Shown: positions 57,814-64,000 of the stretch, piece after piece
How positions within the stretch are numbered: the first letter of the stretch is position 1
Layout: each line of letters begins with the position of its first letter
Origin: an uncultured Candidatus Saccharibacteria bacterium
GTDB lineage: Bacteria > Patescibacteriota > Minisyncoccia > Phycocordibacterales > WO2-35-19
Reading direction: 5' to 3'
DNA length: 64,000 nt
Assembly (NCBI GenBank): GCA_964589445.1
Contig: CAZPQX010000003.1
Span: 42,133-106,132 of the forward strand
The notes under the pieces: model-generated
Database searches by the model: none
Told to the model about the DNA's origin: nothing
Seen by the model: only the letters and a program-made list of their open reading frames with translations
Made by a program: the position numbers and the translations under genes

Positions 57814-58674
57814 CTAAATTTTTTCCACTCTAAAATCTTTAAACTCGACGTCCATAAAATCTGTGCGTATGCCTTGGAAACCTTCATTGTAGATTGGCTC
57901 AGTGCCAGAAACTTTTTTAGAGTCTACAACTTCAAGTATTTTTTGCCATTGCCCGCTTTCGTTTAAGTCACTAAAAAGTTTTATCCTTAGGGAATTATTT
58001 TCATTTTTTATTTCACTTCTGATACCAATCCACTTATTTTTGGGAAGTAGGTTTGGGTTTGTTTCTCTATTGTAAATGCCTTCAAATATTTTTTCTTGTG
58101 CCAAAGTAGTGTATTTACCCTCTAATTTCTTTTTTATTATCGCAGTACCATCTACTCTAAGTCCTGCATAGTATAGGTTGTCTCCGTCTTGGTAACGCAG
58201 CATTAGTAGTAGCCCATTTGAATCATTTCTATTTGGGCTATTGCTCAAGTTGTCTTTGATGATATTGAAGTAGCTTTGACTATAAAAATCTTTCCAGGCT
58301 GCTCTACTTACTAATCTAAAAATATTTTGAGGGTGGTAGCCATCGTCTGTGTCTAAGGCATTTGATATTTTGTAAAGTATCCGCCATTTTGAGAGTTTCG
58401 CGAGCTCACCTATGTTTGTAGTACCAACACTTTCTTTTATGTTCATGACGCCGCCAGAGTTGAGCCACCAGTAGGGGCTGCTACTTTCGGTCATGTCTCC
58501 TGATTCGCTCAGCACACCATCAGCATTGAAAGAATATATAAATGTTGAAGCCATGTTTATTTCTGCGGTGTAGTTTTTGTTTGTGTTAAATCCTAGTATA
58601 AATACTAGTATCAGAATACAGAAATATACAAATATATTTATTGCCTTTTTATAGGTTTTTTTCTTAATTTTCAT
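57814..58674 (-). CDS. Secreted hypothetical protein (first gene downstream of the deacetylase; paralog at window end)
   Basis: N-terminal TM; C-terminus ...GFQGIRTDFMDVEFKDFRVEKI matches the partial ORF at 63891-64000. Confidence 0.5.
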   Translation of the reverse strand: MKIKKKTYKKAINIFVYFCILILVFILGFNTNKNYTAEINMASTFIYSFNADGVLSESGDMTESSSPYWWLNSGGVMNIKESVGTTNIGELAKLSKWRILYKISNALDTDDGYHPQNIFRLVSRAAWKDFYSQSYFNIIKDNLSNSPNRNDSNGLLLMLRYQDGDNLYYAGLRVDGTAIIKKKLEGKYTTLAQEKIFEGIYNRETNPNLLPKNKWIGIRSEIKNENNSLRIKLFSDLNESGQWQKILEVVDSKKVSGTEPIYNEGFQGIRTDFMDVEFKDFRVEKI

Positions 58675-60220
58675 TTACAGTAATGTTGGAAAATTTTGCT
58701 TGTGCCGTTCCTACTTTTGGATCCCAAATTTCTATACCTATGCCTCCGTTTTTAATTCTTTGGTTTACTCCTGTTGATTCAATTATAGGCACTCCATTTA
58801 CTAAGCATTTTATATCTTGATCATTTACTGAAATCCCCAAGTTTATATTTTCATGGGATTTGGGGGAGTAGTTTTGTGAAATTATATTATACTGAGAGTC
58901 GTCGATAACTGTCTTGATATACACTTTTCCGTTTTTTCCAAAGTTGCACGCAAAATAATTTTCATCATCTTCTCTTCTTGCTATGAGGACCACGTGACTG
59001 CCACTTTGCCAATCCACGTCTGTGGTGAATGTATAGTTTTGCCACAGATAAGAGCCTTTCATCATTGTACTAGCACCGGTGGTTTCGGTACCTGATTTGA
59101 GCCTGATTGATTCTCCTCTTTCTATTTCTCCCCAGTTTTGTGACCATTCATTTGCGTAGCTGTTTGGTGTGTAAGGCAGGTCTTTAGATACCCCTGACTC
59201 AAGTACACTAAGCAGGTATTCGGCGTCCCAATCTCCTTGGGGCTCAATCCTTTTCATCATCACTTTTTCTGGATCTCTATAATTGAAAGTTTCGCTACTT
59301 CTTTCGCCAACTTGATAAAAAGCAATTTCATACTGTCTTTCTGCTTCTTCTTTGACAATATCAGCCGCTCTAGGAAAGTTTAAAGTATCTTGCCCGAAGT
59401 CGCTAAAGGGAAAGGCCAAAGTTTTTACTTCTCTACCAAGCGCGTTTTCTAAATCCTTTTTTGAGTTTAGTAGGTCATAGGCTACTCGATCTTTAAACTC
59501 TTCTTCTGTTTCGTTTCTACCCTCCGTATCAAGCCAAAGTAGGTTGCTAAAGAAGTGCCCGATATCTCCTTTATCATTTATGTAATACCAATCATGGCTG
59601 TCTCTTCCGTGAGACTCTACTTCCCAATGAGGACTCTTCTCCATTGATAGTAGTTCGTATTCTGACATGTAGTAAGTCGATTGGTTACTGGTAGGGGAGA
59701 GGGATTTTTTGGTTATGGCAAACATTACCGCCTGAAACCCAAGATCTTTGAGGACCGGATCTGAAGGGTAAAAGGTATCTTTGCGCCCATCGTCAAAAGT
59801 GAGCAAGAAAGATTTTTCTGGTAAATCTACTTTTTCTCTTATAAAGTCGTTGAATTCTTGCAGAGATATAGTATTCCAACCGTTATTTTTGAGTGTGCGC
59901 ATATGCTGTGCAAACTTTGCTGGACTGAACGGGTTTTCACCACCACCCTCATCGGGTAAACCGTGGTATACAAGTACTGGTACTGATTTAGCAACATTAT
60001 TATTTTTTGTATAAAATACTGAAGCGCTACTGTTGTGTGTCAATAATTTATTTTGCCACCAATAACTCACATCTTCCTTAAAGCTTCTACTATAAAGACT
60101 AGATAATTCTCTTATTTTGTATTTACTTATTAGGGATGTAGAAAATATGGCTCCAGAAAATATAATAATTGCCATTATAGAGAGTCTCATTACTTTTTCT
60201 TTTGTGAAATTAAAAAACAT
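58664..60220 (-). CDS. Polysaccharide deacetylase (NodB domain; PgaB/IcaB-like) with extra C-terminal domain
   Basis: LLTFDDGRKDTFY (TFDDG motif); HxxxH region further on. Confidence 0.7.
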   Translation of the reverse strand: MFFNFTKEKVMRLSIMAIIIFSGAIFSTSLISKYKIRELSSLYSRSFKEDVSYWWQNKLLTHNSSASVFYTKNNNVAKSVPVLVYHGLPDEGGGENPFSPAKFAQHMRTLKNNGWNTISLQEFNDFIREKVDLPEKSFLLTFDDGRKDTFYPSDPVLKDLGFQAVMFAITKKSLSPTSNQSTYYMSEYELLSMEKSPHWEVESHGRDSHDWYYINDKGDIGHFFSNLLWLDTEGRNETEEEFKDRVAYDLLNSKKDLENALGREVKTLAFPFSDFGQDTLNFPRAADIVKEEAERQYEIAFYQVGERSSETFNYRDPEKVMMKRIEPQGDWDAEYLLSVLESGVSKDLPYTPNSYANEWSQNWGEIERGESIRLKSGTETTGASTMMKGSYLWQNYTFTTDVDWQSGSHVVLIARREDDENYFACNFGKNGKVYIKTVIDDSQYNIISQNYSPKSHENINLGISVNDQDIKCLVNGVPIIESTGVNQRIKNGGIGIEIWDPKVGTAQAKFSNITVNEN

Positions 60221-60229
60221 AAATTAAAT

Positions 60230-61564
60230 TTATCTTGTACCCCAGCGAGTATCATTCATCGTTATCGCCGCCCAAGGAAGTTGCCAAATAAGTATCACAG
60301 TGCTAAACCAAAAATAAACTACAGCATTAAACCAGTCTTTGTCCCCAACTTCGATTCTATAGTATATGCCATGCAAAAATAGCATAAGGAAAAGTCCAGT
60401 GAGATATGTAAAAGGAAAGGTTTGTTCGATTATCGGATACCATATGACTGCCCTGAAGAAGACAACAGGGGCAACTATTGCTAAGAATACGTAAATATAG
60501 AAAGACATGGCTGCAAAAAAATTTTTCTTCCACATAAATGATCCCGCAAGTATCGTCTCTCTTACCCAGGATTTTTTCCATCTCTGCTGTTGCTTCATAT
60601 ATTTTTTGAAATTATTTGGAACAACGGTTTCGGCTCTGGCCTCGCTAGAGTAGACAGCTTTGTATTTTTGCAGTATAAAATTTGTTAAAGACCTATCATC
60701 TCCAAATGTGCATTGTTTACCAAAGAATTTTTGGTGCAGCCAGACGTCTATAAACTCTAAGAGGTATTCTCTTCTATAAGCACTACAGCACCCAGGGCAG
60801 CAGGTGACTAGTCCAAAAACTGATTCTGCAGCTTTATATATTTTAAAAGATATATAATATCTAACCGCTTGCATCCTCGTAAGTATATTTTCTCTATCAT
60901 TGTGTACATCAGTATGTCCAGAAACCGCCCCCACTGTAGGGTCGGCAAAATATTTCACGAGATGTCTAACACAATTTTTATCTATAAAACTATCACTATC
61001 CACAAAGATAATTATTTCCCCTCGTGCCATCTTTACTCCTGAAGCCATACCCTCTCTTTTGCCTTGGTTTACTTTCCAGTCCACTACTTCAAATCTCTTT
61101 ATTTTTGCACCAAATTCTTTTTGCACTTTTAGCATTTCACTAAGAGTATTGTCGTCTGATCCATCGTTTATGGCTATAACTTCTATTTTTCCCTTAGGGT
61201 AGTTGATTGAATAAAAACAACGGAGTGTCTTGGCGATATTGTCGCCTTCATTTTTTGCGGGCACCACAAAAGATATGGTGGGAGTATATGTCATATCAGC
61301 CTTAATGGATTTATGAAAATATGAAAGTATAAATCGTGACAGGATATATAGAGTGATAAGAGAACTGTAAATTCCAAAAAATAAACTATCGTTGAGTGTT
61401 TTCCAGGAAGTAAGCTTGATGACTATTATGAGGTATATAATAAAGAAGAACAGAATTCTTAATCCTAAATCAATTCCCATATTATTGCCTTCTCCTTTTT
61501 TTGCTAATGGATCACCTTTGTATTTGTAGTTTTTGTATTGGGGGATGGTTTGTGAAGTTTGCAT
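60230..61564 (-). CDS. Family-2 glycosyltransferase, processive synthase type (PgaC/IcaA/cellulose-synthase-like)
   Basis: DGSDDNT (DxD); TGCCSAYRR; QQQRWKKSW (QxxRW) motifs; multiple TM. Confidence 0.75.
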   Translation of the reverse strand: MQTSQTIPQYKNYKYKGDPLAKKGEGNNMGIDLGLRILFFFIIYLIIVIKLTSWKTLNDSLFFGIYSSLITLYILSRFILSYFHKSIKADMTYTPTISFVVPAKNEGDNIAKTLRCFYSINYPKGKIEVIAINDGSDDNTLSEMLKVQKEFGAKIKRFEVVDWKVNQGKREGMASGVKMARGEIIIFVDSDSFIDKNCVRHLVKYFADPTVGAVSGHTDVHNDRENILTRMQAVRYYISFKIYKAAESVFGLVTCCPGCCSAYRREYLLEFIDVWLHQKFFGKQCTFGDDRSLTNFILQKYKAVYSSEARAETVVPNNFKKYMKQQQRWKKSWVRETILAGSFMWKKNFFAAMSFYIYVFLAIVAPVVFFRAVIWYPIIEQTFPFTYLTGLFLMLFLHGIYYRIEVGDKDWFNAVVYFWFSTVILIWQLPWAAITMNDTRWGTR

Positions 61565-61582
61565 AGTTCATATTTTAAAAAA

Positions 61583-61612
61583 GAACTCCTATATGAGTTC
61601 TGCTTAACTCTA
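61583..61612 (-). terminator. Rho-independent terminator after the histidine kinase gene
   Basis: Reverse complement reads gcagaactcatataggagttctttttt. Confidence 0.55.
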
Positions 61613-61639
61613 GCAGGGTGACAGTGAAAGGAAGATGAA

Positions 61640-62803
61640 CTACACTTTTTCTTTTTTGAGGAAGTTTATTGAAATCTCGTTTAATTTAGATAAATCTACT
61701 TGTTCTTCTATGTTGGTATTTTTACCGTAAGGCAGAGTCACTATAGCGACGGTGCCCTTATTTTCAGCACTTTTTATTGTTATCCTGCCAGAGTGCATTT
61801 TTACAAGTTCGCTCACTATCGTAAGTCCAAGCCCCGATGAGCCGAGTCTTCTGTTGCGTGACTTTTCGGCACGATAAAAAGGTTCAAATATATGCATCAA
61901 GTCTTCTTTTGTGATACCCACACCCGTGTCTTCAATGTGTATGAGTACATTTCCATAGTAGTCAGGACCAACCCTGAGAGTGATGCGGCCGTCTTCTTGG
62001 GTGTAGTTGATAGCATTCTTAAGCAGGTTGCTTATTATTTGTTCAATCGCGACTGCATTACCCCAGACAATATGTGGAGTTATCTTTTTAACTATTATTT
62101 CGAGACGGTTTTTTTCAGATAATTCTTTAAATCTATTTACGGATTGATCTACTATCGGACCTATGTCTACATTTGAAAATTTTATCCTCTCTGGTCTCAC
62201 TAATTGATTAAATGAAAGTATGTTGTTTATTATTTCTGATACACGATCAAGCTCCTCGACGTTGCTTTTGAGCATGTCTTTTATATTTGGATCAATATTG
62301 CCGTCCATCAATGCGACTTCGTTGTTTGTTTTTATCACAGTGAGTGGGGTACGAAGTTCGTGAGCCACATCAGATATAAATCTCTTTTGGGAACTAAGAG
62401 CATTTTTTGCAGGGCGCAGAGTTATCTTGGCCACCAAGAATGCAAATATGACTGTAAGTACAGCAAGTATCGTGGAAAATAGACCAAAGTTTTTTGCCTT
62501 CGCTATTTTAAGCGAAGCCATGATTTGATCGGAGCTTGTAGGTTGCCCAGTATTTATGGCATTTGTAATACCATAAATTACTGTCCTTACAGCTTCTTCG
62601 TAAAGATAATTGAAGAATCCATAGGCAAGCAAAAGCAAAGCAGCCGCAAAAGTTACTTGTAGAGCTATGACATTAAGCTCACTTTTTACAAACGGGTCGC
62701 TCCACTTATTCTTTAAGCCTATAACCAACCCCACGAATTGTCTCAAGTATTCCTTCAGAGCTCTCCCAACCAAGTTTTTTTCTAAGATTTTTGACATGTA
62801 CAT
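61640..62803 (-). CDS. Two-component sensor histidine kinase
   Basis: H-box SDVAHELRTPLT; N/G boxes (LLKNAINYT, DTGVGI, GSSGLGL). The ORF overlaps the regulator gene by 98 nt, so the true start is probably internal (GTG/TTG near 62737). Confidence 0.8.
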   Translation of the reverse strand: MYMSKILEKNLVGRALKEYLRQFVGLVIGLKNKWSDPFVKSELNVIALQVTFAAALLLLAYGFFNYLYEEAVRTVIYGITNAINTGQPTSSDQIMASLKIAKAKNFGLFSTILAVLTVIFAFLVAKITLRPAKNALSSQKRFISDVAHELRTPLTVIKTNNEVALMDGNIDPNIKDMLKSNVEELDRVSEIINNILSFNQLVRPERIKFSNVDIGPIVDQSVNRFKELSEKNRLEIIVKKITPHIVWGNAVAIEQIISNLLKNAINYTQEDGRITLRVGPDYYGNVLIHIEDTGVGITKEDLMHIFEPFYRAEKSRNRRLGSSGLGLTIVSELVKMHSGRITIKSAENKGTVAIVTLPYGKNTNIEEQVDLSKLNEISINFLKKEKV

Positions 62804-63380
62804 CTACTACATTACTGAAAGAATTATAATTAAAATCCCATAAATGACTTAATAGTTCCTCTCGGTTTACTACTTTATTTGGGTTTCTCATAAAGTATTC
62901 AAGAAGCATATACTCTTTCAAGGTAAGCATAACCTCTTTTCCATTTTTTGTAACTTTCCTTGTTGACGAATTAAGCTCGACCCCTCTTATTTTGAGTATT
63001 TGAGGCAGGGAAGTCTGTGGTCTTCTAAATATTGCTTTTATCCTTGCAAGCAGCTCCTCAAAAGAAAAAGGTTTTACTATATAGTCGTCTGCTCCTGTAA
63101 GTAACAGCTCTACTTTGTTTTCTATTTCATCTCGAGCTGTAAGTATCAAGATTGGCGTGGTTATGCCTTTCTCTCTTACGCTCTTAGTTATGGCACCTCC
63201 TTCCATGCCAGGCAACATTAAATCAAGGATTATTAAATCATAATCCATGTTATTCAAAGATATCCTACTCAGGGCTTTTTCACCATTATTAATAATGTCA
63301 ACGGCATAACCGTTTTTTGCTAGGCCCGTTTGAAGAGCACTAGCCAACTTTTCTTCATCTTCTACTATTAATATTCTCAT
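62706..63380 (-). CDS. OmpR-family response regulator
   Basis: MRILIVEDEEKLASAL...DLIILDLMLPGMEGG receiver domain plus winged-helix output (VHVKNLRKKLG...GVGYRLKE). Confidence 0.85.
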   Translation of the reverse strand: MRILIVEDEEKLASALQTGLAKNGYAVDIINNGEKALSRISLNNMDYDLIILDLMLPGMEGGAITKSVREKGITTPILILTARDEIENKVELLLTGADDYIVKPFSFEELLARIKAIFRRPQTSLPQILKIRGVELNSSTRKVTKNGKEVMLTLKEYMLLEYFMRNPNKVVNREELLSHLWDFNYNSFSNVVDVHVKNLRKKLGWESSEGILETIRGVGYRLKE

Positions 63381-63490
63381 GCATTAATTCTAATATATCG
63401 ATTATGAATCGTTCATGAAGAAGCGGTTTTAATTTTATTTACTTTAATTTATTTTGTGACTATAATGGGCCCATAATTCCTAATAAAACC

Positions 63491-63907
63491 ATGAATTTGT
63501 TCGACCTGATAAAATCAAAGAGGTTCGACGAGGTAAACAAAGACATAGTTTTGGGCAACGCCAAATTTCCGAACGACACACTCAGAGTAAAAGACCAAAA
63601 TAGTTTTCAACTTTTCAAAATTTCGGCACAAACAACCTCTTTTGATGAGGTTGTTTCGCTCATGGATAAAGGTGGTTTTTTGCCTGCCAATATCTATGAG
63701 CTTCTTTTTTGGAATGGTTGGGATAGTAAGTCTACTGTTATTGCCCCAGGTTCTTTTGTGGAGCTAGAAGACAAGGGGTATGTTCCTTGTATGTCTTTAG
63801 ATTACTTTAGTGAGCCGGGTAAATACTACTCTATGCGCAGACTGTGCCTTCTTGAGAGAGACAGGGAGTGGAAAGGCGAGATGTTTTTCCTGGGAGTTAG
63901 AAAGTAA
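63491..63907 (+). CDS. Hypothetical protein (138 aa)
   Basis: ORF only; no recognisable motif. Confidence 0.35.
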   Translation: MNLFDLIKSKRFDEVNKDIVLGNAKFPNDTLRVKDQNSFQLFKISAQTTSFDEVVSLMDKGGFLPANIYELLFWNGWDSKSTVIAPGSFVELEDKGYVPCMSLDYFSEPGKYYSMRRLCLLERDREWKGEMFFLGVRK

Positions 63908-64000
63908 AGCTATCTATATCTTTTGATCTGAAATTTTCAAACTCGACATCCATAAAGTCAGTCCTGATGCCAGTATATCCTTCGCTAGTAAAAGCGGAGC
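63891..64000 (-). CDS. Partial CDS (3' end) of a paralog of the 57814-58674 protein; continues beyond the window
   Basis: Reverse translation ...SAFTSEGYTGIRTDFMDVEFENFRSKDIDSFTF* parallels ...GFQGIRTDFMDVEFKDFRVEKI*. Confidence 0.5.

Overview
This window is gene-dense, mostly coding, low-to-moderate GC, and looks like a streamlined bacterial genome, possibly of a Patescibacteria/CPR-like organism. Features consistent with that: a truncated ValRS, RNase J, SecG, GroES/EL, TsaD, a DEAD-box helicase with an RGG tail, and many cell-surface proteins carrying peptidoglycan-binding domains. Conserved housekeeping genes present are the pyrG 3' end, rnj, secG, groS/groL, valS, tsaD, msrB, and tRNA-Gln, tRNA-Phe, tRNA-Glu and tRNA-Ser. 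Several patches that differ in composition from their surroundings interrupt these genes and look accessory or acquired.

1. A tRNA-Gln integration hotspot spans roughly 470-5410. It holds a tRNA-Gln 5'-half pseudo-copy fused to a GIY-YIG gene, at least three direct repeats of the tRNA-Gln 3' end that resemble att sites, a nucleotidyltransferase, an HEXXH protein, a second GIY-YIG copy, and an unusual chimeric protein that joins sigma-70 region 4 to an RNA polymerase alpha C-terminal domain.
2. An AT-rich three-gene operon at 5915-7915 encodes a GHKL ATPase, a STAS-like small protein and a membrane protein.
3. A restriction/defense island at 17376-25334 encodes HsdR, a fused HsdM-HsdS, an RloC-like Rad50-type ATPase with a zinc hook (candidate anticodon nuclease), a PD-(D/E)xK nuclease and a histidine phosphatase.
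4. Several GC-rich inserts carry orphan ORFs, including a PEP-CTERM protein with no exosortase in the window.
5. Eukaryote-like adhesion modules are present: EGF-like domains, and a C-type lectin combined with Ig-like, FN3 and PG-binding domains.
6. There is a PNAG-like GT2 plus deacetylase operon.

No CRISPR array was seen. All calls rest on reading the sequence and ORF translations by eye; no searches were run.
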